From: Takakia lepidozioides
Lineage: Eukaryota; Plantae; Bryophyta
Direction of reading: 5' to 3'
Length of the DNA stretch: 64,000 nucleotides
Assembly: GCA_030704615.1 (NCBI GenBank)
Contig: CM060734.1
Span: 21,948,001 to 22,012,000, forward strand
In this document: positions 1 through 13,170 of the stretch, one piece after another
Layout of the letters: each line of letters opens with the position of its first letter
How positions within the stretch are numbered: position 1 is the first letter of the stretch
Made by a program: the position numbers and the translations under genes
The notes under the pieces: model-generated
Told to the model about the DNA's origin: nothing
Database searches by the model: none
Seen by the model: only the letters and a program-made list of their open reading frames with translations

Positions 1-1790
1 AACAGGTCAAGAATGGGCTCACTGGTCAAGGATTTCTTCAAAGAACTGGCAGGGTAAGATATAAGCAAGTGCGTTGTATATACATAACTGCTTCACTACT
101 GTACTAATGTGTTAACGAAATGGCAACAGGAAGCCTGTGAACTAGTGTGTGATGCGAATAATTTTTGTGCTAACTACAGAATTTGTCACAATGCGGCTTG
201 AGTTTGCTACCCGAGGATGATGATGCACCCTTCATTGATGCTACTCTGAAGGTATCTCTTCAAAACCTGATGGATCCATCAAATTGGGATACCTGTTGCT
301 TAAGTATAAATCCTGCAGCACCAATATTCTTCCTATTTTTTTGATCGTTCACCATGGACGAGCAATTCCAATTGCGAGTTCCAGCTCAGATAGACCTTAT
401 CATCAACTTTGCTTGGTGGCAATATGTTCATAGTGACAGTGATAATCAATATGGCATACTTTTGGTGAAATATTGAGGGGTGAAGTGGCACTATATGCCA
501 CCTTCCTCCCTTCAGTTCCGAATAGTATCAATTGCTGCTGAGAGTTTACCATAATTGGTTTTTGAGCAAGCTTAAGAGTGTTTTCCTTTCGTTTGAATCA
601 ATGTGACGCACCACACAACATGACAGCACAGTGAAGCCTCGCAAGTACTTTGGTCTTGCCCCTTCACTCCTACTTCACTGCAAAGAGGAAACGGAAGTGT
701 TTCAGTCTCCTGCTTCCAAGGGCATGGTGAGGTCAAAAGCCATACCTGAGCACTACAATCAGACTTGCATGCCAACTATAGATGCCAGTAGTTGTATATA
801 TCAGAATCTGTAAGCAGTAGTCGTCGTGAGGGCTTTGCCTGACACTCGTTACAACTGGGGGGTCGTTGCCCAACTGTAAAAAGGAGGTCGAAGTGGAAAA
901 GATTATATGCCGCGACATGGCCCTGGCAGTGCCCGCCTTCACACTGGCCAGCAGCAGCTTGAACGCCACAGTGGGTAGCGATGTCTGTGTCGTGCGTATT
1001 CAGGAAATTCCCGAAGCTCTCTATCCTGGTGCCTCATTTTCTTCCATCCCATTAGACCTAAAAAAAAAAAAACCGCGGACGTTATAAAGCACCATTTCAT
1101 TTCTCTCGTCATAAAGTTCCATTTCACTCATTTCATTTGTCTTTCTAGTCCAGTGTACCCAGAGACTCTGAGGACCAATTACTTGGACTTAGTTGCCATA
1201 GAAACTCTGTGTCAGCGATTGAGGTCTAGATTTTCATGGTATGGTGGGTCATGCATGGTCGGGGAGCAGAGCAAAGTGGTGAAGACGGTGGTATACAGGA
1301 CCAAGGGCAGTTCACTGCTGCACTACTCTGACAAGCTTCCGAATTACGCTGATCACGTAGCTGGCGGTATCAACCCCATCGCCTCTTTCCTTGCACTTAA
1401 TTGCTCCACATCTGAACGTGCCTAGTTGATGTACCGAACTTGCATGAGCATCTAGAGCCATCCAGCAAATCAATTGGACCGATTTCGCGACTTACACGCA
1501 ACCATCACACGCTCATAGTTGGGTACGCTGAAATCGAATGCTGCAGGATCTGTAAAGTTGCCACTGCTACAGGTTGTTGATAGCAAGACACTTGAGTAAT
1601 ATGTTACAAAATACGTTGTGACACATTGTGCGCGTGTTGATGCTCTACAGTATCATTCGAGTATGCTGATGACTCTGCGCGGCAACTGCTTGGACACATC
1701 CCGAACGAAGATGAGTCGGGCAATCCGGCCTTCACGGAGTGTGTGAAGGACCTGGCTTACGCTCTCCGCCTCTTCAGCTTTGGGCCCTGA
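1..1790 (+). CDS. CASC1: 3' part of CASC1/DNAI7 (IC97)-like axonemal inner-arm dynein intermediate chain; exons <1-53, 180-251, 884-1028, 1154-1366, 1426-1572, 1651-1790
   Basis: Phase-consistent GT-AG exon chain giving ...NLSQCGLSLLPEDDDAPFIDATLK|EVEVEKIICRDMALAVPAFTLASSSLNATVGSDVCVVRIQE... and C-terminus GNPAFTECVKDLAYALRLFSFGP*. These resemble the recalled CASC1 C-terminal motifs (GLNIFP...K; QMALLSSAFAF..SKWN; F...V..LL...RLLSFS). The 1366/1426 junction (59-nt intron) is least certain. Confidence 0.72.
1073..1140 (+). mobile_element. Extreme 3' stub of RTEX-like LINE in an intron
   Basis: ccgcggacgttataaagcaccatttcatttctctc matches the 3' ends of the LINE copies at ~17911 and ~18573, followed by a second tail-like segment. 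Confidence 0.75.
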
Positions 1791-2222
1791 TTTGGCTTAT
1801 ACTCTCCAATCCGCAACTTGCTGGATACATCCTCAGGCAGAAGACGGTGTGTGCAAGAGCATTACCACACCCATGACAATCGTGAGGGGTGAGTTCCGAA
1901 GACATGGTTGGTGAAGCAATCTCAAAATAGCAGAAACCTTCCCAGCCAGCATCTTTGATTTCAAGTCTCTTGCGCTTCGAATTATAAACACAACTGTTCC
2001 TCTGTCCAGGACTCGATAGTACAGTACAGTACAGTACAGTGACCTGAATTGTGATCAAATTGTGCCCATGAATCATTTTGAGGGATTTGAACAAGGGACT
2101 TCAGGGTGTTGAACCTCTTGCCAGCAAGAATCCAAGTTAAAAATCATTTTCTGTTAACTTGATGATGGGTGGTCCACCAGACAAGAAGGCAGAGTCTGTT
2201 TGTGTAACCGTCACGAGAAGCT

Positions 2223-4220
2223 ATGGCTGTAGCCACCCATGACCTTGAAGCCTGGAAGCGCGAACGCTTCACCTCCTCTCTGCCCAGTGCACCCTCCCAG
2301 TCCCACATAGAGCAGGCATCATCAAGCTATAAGCTTTGGTTTTGCAATCTTGCGAGGAAGAAGCGAGAAGCCATGGCAATCATAAGGAAGAGAAAAGCAA
2401 CCGTTCCGAGTGTTGTCGGGAGCTACGGCTGTGCGAAGCAGCCTGCGTCCACATGCTCAAGACACTGCAGTCGCCCTCCAACAGAGAGAGCAACAACATC
2501 CAAGCCTTGTGGCCCTAAACACTTGGCTTGCTCAACAAAACCCAAAAGGTCGATTAGATCCGAAGGTACAAGACAGCACGCTCCAGATAGAATGGAACCT
2601 ACCAAGAGCGAGCGCATTGCCCTTTTAAAAGCTCTGGCCAAGCTGCTCGTGGATCGCATTGAGACTGCCTGCGCTGCCCGGCAGCCAGGCCCAGGCAATG
2701 CACAAACTCTTCATCCCATGCCAAGCTCGGAGGATGATATGGATCTCTCTGATACAAGACCCCGGGATGATCATATTGTATCCGTCTCGCAGATGCCATC
2801 CCTGGACTGTCCACGCTCTCTCCCTCACAACTGGATCCCATCACGAAAGGTAACCAAGAAAGTTGCTCCCACAGCCCCAGAAGATGTATGCAGAGCGTGC
2901 ATCAAGAAAATCATACGGCCGTGCTTTGTATTTGACAATTTGGTACGAAATCAAAATCCGACCACTATTGTACACCGTACAAAACTACAGAGCAGTCCAT
3001 TGGAGCACCGAAATGGCAAGTCTTTCATTTATTGCCAGGCCTAGAAGAAACAACCCGCACATTAGAAGAATCTGACATGTCCGACAACCTTCTAGATGCG
3101 GAAGTTTTCAATGAGGTATTTGGGGAGGCAATTTGCCAAGCAGGATGTGCTTCACGGTCTCGTTGTCGGTTAGAGCCACCAATCGTTTGTGCGGAGGCCA
3201 GTATGCCAGGCCCCCGGTGCCAGCCCTTTTCCCACCAATCCACCAAGTTCTTGGGTAAGATTTCCTCACCCACCAAGTGCAAATGCAGGGTTGTGTTTGG
3301 GAGAGAGAGGGCCGGCAAAGTTTCCAGATCAGTGTCTGCATGGGCGATTTCCTTCCGCGAAGGATCTAGAAAGAATTGTGTTGGTATGAATGCGAGATCT
3401 TGGGATAAGGATTGGGTACAATCAGATTCCAGCCTCCGCTTGGTTATGTACAAAGGCTGACGCTCACTACAACATATGCTATAAACTGTGAAGACCAAGA
3501 AACAATCCACACGCTCATGATGAACCTCATCTTAGTGTACGTCTGTGCAGTACTCAGCTCATCTTCTAGGAATTAGAAGTGCAATACCAGCACTCTTTGA
3601 AATATTTACTCCTATTGGATTGCAAGGTGGCACAGAATCTGGTGACGACACCAAACACTCGTCCATAGCAAAGACCTGTGATCATTCCTTGAATTACAGA
3701 GAAGAAGAGGGTCACTTGAGAGCCCTTTTCAAGAAAGGACTGACTTGCACAAACACCAGTGGTTCTACCTCACCATCAGCAGCCAAAAAAGTTCTGAAAA
3801 CTAGCGCTCCAGTAATATTACCAACAGCTGCAAGGTTCCATATGGATAGAATTGAAAGACATAAAACATACATTCCCAATGACTGCCCAAGGAAAGCCAG
3901 CAGGAAAGTAGAGGAGTGCATGGCAGCAGAACCAGACTCTTTGAATGTCTTCAGTGTCTATGTGAAACGGTGCGCATTTAAGGAGCATAACAAGACCAAG
4001 TCAACAGATGTCTTGGATCTGCATATGCCAGAGGGAGGGCCACAGGAGTTGGTGGATCACTTTGATGGCCGTAGAGAAGCTCAGGAGAGATGGAGAGGAG
4101 ACAGATGACCGCATTTTCTTACTCCCGACTCGCTGGCTGCCAGACCTTGTAGGAAAGAGAGGGAGTGCAATTTCAGTCATTGCTGGGAAGTTCCTCCCAA
4201 TGGCATATTTGAGGGCCTGA
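2223..4220 (+). CDS. Uncharacterised, probably spliced or degenerate gene (ORFs 2223-3044, 3032-3460, 3545-4108)
   Basis: Three consecutive long same-strand ORFs with plausible splice sites between them. No recognisable domain and no unique exon model. Confidence 0.3.
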
Positions 4221-4887
4221 CTCCAGAGCAGACCAATCTTCTAAGCAGAGGGCAAGACGTCACAAGGAATTCTGCCGGCGAAAGGAGTGCAGCCGATCAA
4301 CAATTTCAAACCAAAGTGGGGCGCCAGCTGGAGACGATGGAACCCTCATGTCACCAAAACACGCTTTGAAAGCGTCTCAGAGCTCAGAGGTGCTGCAAAT
4401 GGCGGCATCCCCTAAACCGCCAGCAGACAAATGGCCTTTTAATTCTAGCTCTGTCCACTGATTCAAGAGAACCTTGAATGTCCCTTCAACGGACTAAAAT
4501 GTTACCCAGTAGATGCTATCTCTGGTCATCTTCAAGGTACCTGTCTTGAGCAGGTGAGTATATTGATGAAAAAGTAATGTACAGATCAATTAAGTAAATA
4601 GAGGGAAGATGAACATGTAAATCCACTCACTAGTAGATCTGCGAAGAAAGGTTCTCTGGCTGTTATCCCAATGGAGATCACAAATTACATCCCGACTACT
4701 AAATAAGAGATTGAGATATGGTGGCAGTACAGAATGGACTGGGAGCTTCCTAGTGAAGGTTGGGCAAATACATCAGGGCCCTTCTCCAATTACCTGATTG
4801 TAATCTATTGAGATACACGATGTCTTACATTTGCCTTCCTTTCCTTCAAAAGGGAGGAGCTTTTCCAAAGAAAAGTGGAGTCTCTAA

Positions 4888-7800
4888 CTAGTCTGTGATA
4901 AGCCGGCTTAATGATTCAATGAGCTGCCTCAAGTTGTGCCGTGTTTGCGAATCTCCCGTCAGCCCACTAACACTTTCACTGATGCTCTGTGTGCCACAAG
5001 GACAGGAAGACAGCAACATAGTCAATAACATTTTTATGGAAGACTGACTCGCAATTTGCATTGAAACTAGTAAACAGGTACATCACAAGCTGCATGAAAC
5101 AAGGACAAAATTTCCACCTCACCACAATGATATCTACTACTTTGCAAGTCTGTCTACTTCCTGCAATTTGTCAGAACCCCGTATTTCTGGGGAAGCAGCC
5201 TTCAGGGCTGACCATCACAAAGACAAACAGCCTCACCTCAATGTGCTTGAGCGTCTTTGACAAAGTGGAAACTGACTCACGCAGCATCTCTGTGTTCTCA
5301 GATGTCAACACCGACTTATTTAACTTCCTGTAGAGAGAATGAATGTAAAGCTATTAATAGCGATCCCGACACTAAGCTTTTCTGTGACAGGTATAGTAAT
5401 ACACAATGCCAACAACATCCATCCTTCCCACACCCATGTCCTCAAATACGGCACTTCATGTAGCAATGCAAGCATAGCCCAACATTGTAAAAGTACGTTG
5501 GACTCAGAGGAGAGAAGGAAAGGCAGATTTATATAATACTGACAATCCTCCCAAATAATCCCTTACCATAAGACCAGGATTATTCTTAGATGAGCACGAG
5601 ATGGGGAAGACGGGGAGGCCATTATTGAAGTGTGAGAGAAATGGACTCGCCCGGTGCGAGTTCCAGGCAGGCATTTCTCAGAAAGAGAACCGGTCTACAT
5701 CATGTTTTCATGGGTTTCACCCCCCATTATTCTATTTGAAGTTAGCATCCAGCATAAGCCCCTCTTAGGAGAAAAAAGTGGGTCAAATGTTCTTCAAAAT
5801 GAGAGGGCATTTAACTACCTGGCACTGCAACAACAGAATGGACACTAATCTTGGCTCTCAAGGATTGTGCAGAGACTACTCCCAAGAGGTGTAAGGCAGC
5901 TCTAGAACCGTGTTCAGCTGAAAAACCCCTGGAGATAGAGTCCCTCTTCTCTATTGAAAGCAGAGACAAAGCTGAGATATGATTCTTTAGTTAACTTCTT
6001 TGCCCGAGTGAAACCTTTGACACAGTCATGCTGGCTTGCTGTAGAGGGTCAGTTGCCTACACAGACAAATTCCATTGCCAGGGTCCAGGACCTAGGGAAG
6101 AGGAAAGAGGTGCAGATTGAAGTTCAGAGTTGAATGTTCAAATGGCAGATAGGAGCTCTGTTGAGATGTTTAAAGCGGACATTGCACAAGATGTCCATCT
6201 TGCTATCACCATTTATTAGCTGCAACTTATGGAAGAGAAAAACCTCTTGTTGCTGCACCTTCCAAGAGATGGGTGTGAAAGACCAACAGAGGTAATGCAG
6301 CCAAGTATACGGAAATGTGGACAAGTTTGCAAGCAGAAAACATAGTCCTCATTACTCACCTGAGATCATGGCCTGTTTGAGTAGCAATCCTAGTCAGGTT
6401 CTCGAGATCTTTCAGCAGCCCCCCCTCCTTCACCTCTTTAAGCAAGGGTGCGAAATCATCTGCCATCAATTCGACCTGCCCAGCCAACCAAAACAGAAAC
6501 AAACATTGACTCCAAAGTACGCACATCCACCTCCAATAGCAAAGCATTGCTCCCTGGTGCAGTCAGCCCCTCATTGCAATCAGAGTTACAAAGCAAAGCC
6601 CAATTAACAGATGTCAATTTAACAGTACCTTAAGCAGGAAGGCTGGATTGACAAACCCACCCACTTGTTTGTGCTATTCTCAATTTTTTCATGGACTTTA
6701 GGAAGATGTTAGGATCTCATCACCAGTGGCAGCCTTGCTATTTATACCTTTGACAAGAATACACTCATGCCTACCTTGAAAAAGGTATAGGGCTACCTGG
6801 ATTCACTTTGACACTATGACTTCCTAGGGGCTCAAGCATGCCCACATGGAGCATTTTGACTTCACAGAACTGCTTCAAAGAACCAAGCACCTGATGGCTT
6901 TTCTCATAGCTGCAAATTGACTCCTACAGAGATTCTACTAAAAGTATTATAGTATGAATCCCTAAAGTATCTACCTTACTTATGGAAACTAGGAAAGACC
7001 TTATGGTCAAAGCCTTGCTTGCATATGATGGCACCTTATGTAAGGAATTGCAAGATTTGCAAGCATTCGTGTTCCCAATTCTGAGTTTTGCAGGACTTGT
7101 GAGGTTTCTATGTACATGCTAGCTTCTATATTGAATCGTGTCCAGATGTATGCTGTTGTTCAACAAAACAGGACTAGATCCAAATGCTCTAGGTCTTTAC
7201 ACGACTAAACTATACTCTCCCCTCTCACACACACACATGTCAACTGACTTAATTTGAGGAATTGGATCGAAGTTGGTAATGAGGAAAACAGTGCCAAAAT
7301 GATGCGAGGCATACTTTTTCAGAGTACAAAAATCTGTAACAGAAGAGGTAGCAGCCATACTTTGGCAAGAAGAGGCTTGACATCTTCCACAGCCATCCCC
7401 ATGCGTTCAGCCATGTCATACATTCCCGATACACTCATTTCGTCCATTTGACGTGCCATCTTTGTGCAAATGCCGATCAACTCATCCAAGCTCACTCCTT
7501 GCTCCCCCTTGATTCTCTCTCTATCGCAAACTATAAGGCCTTCAGCTGGGCAGCCTGCATCCAGCGGCCCTACTGTGGGGTTCGGCAGCGGCAGGCGTGG
7601 TGTAACGTCAATGAGTGTCTCGCTCATTAAGCCCGACCGGTTGACCTCGACCAGTGCATTACGCGGGATGACAATGCCAGCATCCACCAGCTCCACCACC
7701 ACATCGATGCGCTGCAGGCTGGGCCGCACCCTCACCACGTTGCCCACAGACACCCCCCGAATGTTTACGGGTGTGCCCACTGTGATGCCCTGCGCTTGCG

Positions 7801-8380
7801 CAAATTCCATCACTGCCTCATACTTCTTCGACCTTGCCCGAATCTGGGTACCCTTCACCCACATGAGTGTCATTGTCAACACCAACACGCCCGACATTAG
7901 AAATAGGCCCACCCCACCTTCCCGAAAGGTGCTCTTTCCGACCCCGAAATTGCTCAGTGGTTGCACCACTTGATGCCAAATGGATTTCGGGATTTCAAGC
8001 ACCTTTGCCAGCCCGTTCGTCCTCTTAGTAGATGTTGAGGATGATGATGGCTCGCTGCTGTTGGTCACGTTCCCCTTCACGGCCCCGTTTTGACTCCAGC
8101 TGTGGTTTAGTTCAAAGACAAGCTTCACCTCAAGACCGAGATTGCCATGACCACTGCTGAAGGAGGTCTTGGGATCCCTTCTATGCCGACTTCCAATCTT
8201 ACCCCCACGAGGATGGAGCCCTTGAAAATAATGTAGCCCTCTGTCCGCTAGAGAACCCGGCACCATTCTAGAACTCAAAATATGTGATGAAAAGCACGGG
8301 GAATCACGACTTCCGGACGGTCTCCCTGCAGACTCAAGTACGCAGCTTGAAACACCTGAAAAGCCAGTAGGCAAATCCAT
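4888..8380 (-). CDS. TGD2: TGD2, chloroplast lipid-import MCE/MlaD-domain protein; exons 8380-7361, 6475-6360, 5327-5237, 4986-4888 (441 aa)
   Basis: FREGGVGLFL TM segment, MCE domain (GITVGTPVNIRGVSVGNV...IPRN.LVEVN.SGL), CxxEGLIVCDR, and spliced C-terminus ...LKHIE|SISESVSGLTGDSQTRHNLRQLIESLSRLITD*. All junctions are GT-AG and in phase. Confidence 0.95.
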
Positions 8381-8878
8381 GCTTGCCGCTCCTACTTTCA
8401 GCTCTCATTGACCCATCGCTCTAAACTTCAGCATGGAGATACGGGTGGCGAATTCCCCCAAACCGCAACCTGTTGACAAGCTCACCACTCCCTGCTACAT
8501 TGTGATGCAAGATGCTGCCTGACAATGCCTACGAAGCAAAGCTCTGCATTCTGTCTGTAGATCTGGGCACTCCATGATCACACTTCTAACAATCCTTCTA
8601 TCACTGTACCGCCCGTAGATCCTCCCCCACGAACAGTCTTAGATCTCACAGCGGGCTGCCAGCTCTAGATCACAGGATTTCCGAGGTGGCATTTAGCAGA
8701 TTATCAGGGCCGCTTCACGTTAGACAGTATCGAGGCCATCACTTGGACAACAACACAATCCTACTTGGCGTCTAAATGGCGCCACGCTGAGGTGGGTCCG
8801 AGTCTTAGCCCTTCGTACAAGCTATCTGTGTATGCGAGGGCAGCCCAAGAAGTTTTTGGCCCGTCGTTCGGTCTAAAC

Positions 8879-9734
8879 CAGTGTTGTGCGGGTCCGGGTT
8901 TTGAAGGCGCGTACCCGGCGGGTTAGGATCCGGGTTACCCGGACCCGCACCCGGACCCGTGCTATCACAAAAAACCCGGGCCCTAACCCGGATTCATTTC
9001 TAAAATGAACCCGGAACTGGACCCGCCTGCTGGGTCCAGAACCAGTTAAACCCGCTACCCGAGGGCCAATGTAGCGGGTCACCACCTTAGATCTGGTAGG
9101 TTTTGTCATATGTGTGGAGGGGACGAGCAGCAATAGGCCACTGCAGCAGCCAGCCCCACCACGTTGTAGCCCAGTGGTAATGCCCACATACCACCTCAAA
9201 AGCGGTTGTGGGTTCAATCCCCGGAGTGGTGTCACAAAGTTGTGCCCTCAGGGACCATAATTTACACCTCCCAAAGGAGACGTCATATATTATTATTATG
9301 CCGGATCCCACACAACCATGCTATAGTGATCTACCCTTGAGGCATATTACTATTCTTAACATGTTTAAAGAATTGATATTGAAAAATAGAAAATGGAACT
9401 CAAACTTAATTTAATTCATATTCATGGTATACATATTCATATTCATGGTATATTTTGAAGGAATTTCTCTTAAAATAAAATTCATTATTAGGATTTAAAG
9501 TTTTTTCCAGCCAAAAATAAATTTATCCCTAATTAATCTTATTTTTCTAATTTATTTAATCAATAAATTAGGACCCAGATCCGACCCCGTGAACCCGCTA
9601 ATATTTCCCAACAACTACCCGGACCCCGACCCGGATTTTCCAAATTTCAAAAACCCGGATCCGGACCCGGACTTGGCTCTGAAAAAAACCGGACCCGGCG
9701 AGTTCCTTAAAAAGGAAGAACCCGCACAACACTG
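8879..9734. mobile_element. Non-autonomous hAT element (MITE-like, 856 bp)
   Basis: 15-bp TIR CAGTGTTGTGCGGGT / ACCCGCACAACACTG, perfect 8-bp TSD GTCTAAAC (8871-8878 and 9735-9742), and subterminal ACCCGG/CCGGAC repeats at both ends. Confidence 0.93.
9163..9235 (+). mobile_element. tRNA-derived SINE-like head inside the hAT element
   Basis: A box TAGCCCAGTGG (9167) and B box GGTTCAATCCC (9211). A related copy lies at 29622-29690. Confidence 0.6.
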
Positions 9735-10547
9735 GTCTAAACATTACATTCTTCTGAAGATCAGAGGCCAAGAGAAGGGCAGAGACCGGGCAACCCATCT
9801 TGGCCCACAGAGATACTTATTGCTTATTATATCACGGAGATGCAAGTAAGCATGGGATGGTGCCATGGCGCTTTGCAATTGGGAGAGATGAATAGAATGG
9901 AAAAGTAGGTGTGCACCTGTCGTTGACACATTTCTGACTCACCCCACCTTTTGTTCCTCACTCTGCGAGTGCATCCGCGCATTGTGCTCAACAAGGACGG
10001 CTGACACCCAACAATTTTTTCCTTCCTTGCGCATCAAGGAAGGTAGCGACGTACATAAAGACAGAAGCAGCAATTCAACAGCCAAATTCTTCATCGGAAG
10101 AGAGAGTCGGGATGGGAAACAAAAAATAATGTGATGAGGGGCTGAGCTGGCGGCACACGAGAGAGAGAGGAGAGAGAGAGAGAGAGGGCGGGGCAGGGAG
10201 CCTGCACGGCGCCGTTGATGGGCGGGAAGTATCGGACGGCGGGGTGAGGAGGAGGAGCAAGAGAGGCGGCCAGGCCAGGCAGGCTTCCATCACAGAGGTG
10301 TACAGTCTAATCCCTCCCATCGAGGTAACGGTGAGAGAAAGTTGGAGGGACTCTTGATTTGTGGTTTGGCCCCGCATTTAGTGTGGCAACCTGGAGTCAC
10401 GGAGAGGCTTTCTGTCCGTTTGATCTGTCCTTATCAGTCTGGGAAGGCTTGCTTGCTTGCATCCCCGCGCTCTCTTCCTTCACATACTTAAGTGTGGAGG
10501 GCTGCGCGAGTTTTCGGGAATTTCAGGCGTTTGGTGGAATTATCTGA

Positions 10548-11609
<1,062 letters not shown>

Positions 11610-13170
11610 AGTAGTGTGTTGCGCAGCCTGCCTCTCTTCTACCATAGATTGATGCTAATCACCTGGCAAGGGTAACATTTCTTTGGAAGCAAAAGGGCAA
11701 AAGGGCGACCTTACTGAGACGTCTATTGACTTGTCATCCTCGAGATGCGCTGTACTGTTCATTGGTGTAGCAATACCTACTTCATGCAAGTCTCTCTCTC
11801 TTACTCTGCGTTGTGTATGATTCCTTCACTGGCGGTCGTATCTTGGGTTCACTGAGCAAGTGGCCAGTGATGCTCTTTGAAGTCGATGTGCAGGGTATAG
11901 GCCTTAATTAATGTTTGCAGTTGGCTTGTTGCTTGCCAACAGTCCTAGATGGATCCCTCCCCCATCTCTTTGAGCCCCTTTTTAATATCAGAGAGGGGGT
12001 CATCTTTTGAGTGGGTTTTCCCTCCTGTTGCAGCTTGAGCCAGTTCGTTGGCCTTACTAAGGTTTTTGCAATTGTAACTGTCTTCCAAGTGACAATTTCA
12101 TTGGGCTCTTGTGTTGTTTTGGAGCAGCTCATCCAGTTTTTATATAATGTTCTGACATGGATTGCTTGCCGCATACAATTTCTGCATTTGAGGCACTTGA
12201 CTGAGTAGGTAGGTGCGCATGATCAAAATGAGCAAAGATGTCATGTCCAGAATCATAGGAACGGTTTTTCAGGTCAGTAACTGTGCATGGGATCTGAATT
12301 GCAGCCCGTAGGCAAGGGGTCCAAAGGGGTTTTGACACTGGTTTCAGATGGAGAAGTTCTAGGTTATGTCTTTGAGTAAACAGCCATGCCACACTTGGGG
12401 ATCTTTTTCAGGTGGATATGAAGTGTGAGATCGCGAGTATTGTGTTTCAGCACAGGTCCTGGCTTTCATTCAATGTTGAAATGGTTCACAAACTTCCAAT
12501 TGGAAGCTTGCTAAGACTGACCTGTGAAGTATAATTAAAGCATTCTCTGCTTTGCATCACCATCTTAAAGCACTGCAGCGACCAACCAATGCACTCATCT
12601 TGATACCCCCTAAGAAAGAAAAGTGCCTAAACGTTGCCTTGGCATTGTGAACGATGAAGACAGGAACTGGATTCAATACTTGCTGCTCTGCCAACTGAGT
12701 TGATCACAACTATTATGGGTAGCTTTGAGGATTTGTGAGGTCACTGTTGATAATCAGTTGTGTGGTTTCTAGAAGACCTCATTGATAGCGGGCCAGCAGC
12801 AGAAAATAAGAAATTGTCTGATCTCTTTCTTGGACATATTGGATCAGGGGGTGCACAGAGGAGACTTCGCACACCTGAGAGTTGCAGTCAATTCAAACCC
12901 TGAGATTTTGAACAGTCTGTGCACTCAGTACACACTCATGATCAGTACGTATCTTCGCTAGCCACTCAATGTCAAATTATTATGTGTTCCAGAGTTATAG
13001 AAATGTCTGATGATTGTCCTTAACTAGCTCACGACAAAGTCTAGCAGCGCTCCCTTCGATCTCCCAGTCTCTTCTGCAGCTTCGAGGTGATCTCAAACCT
13101 TGCCTCCTCAAGGTGGCATGAGTCAGACAGCACCAAATACTGGGTCAGAACGTCAGAACCCCCGGACTTT

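Noticed and set aside
7464-7973. 169-aa plus-strand ORF (and similar antisense ORFs over RIBA, F-box, oxygenase and L1)
   Set aside because: Shadow ORFs opposite well-supported genes.
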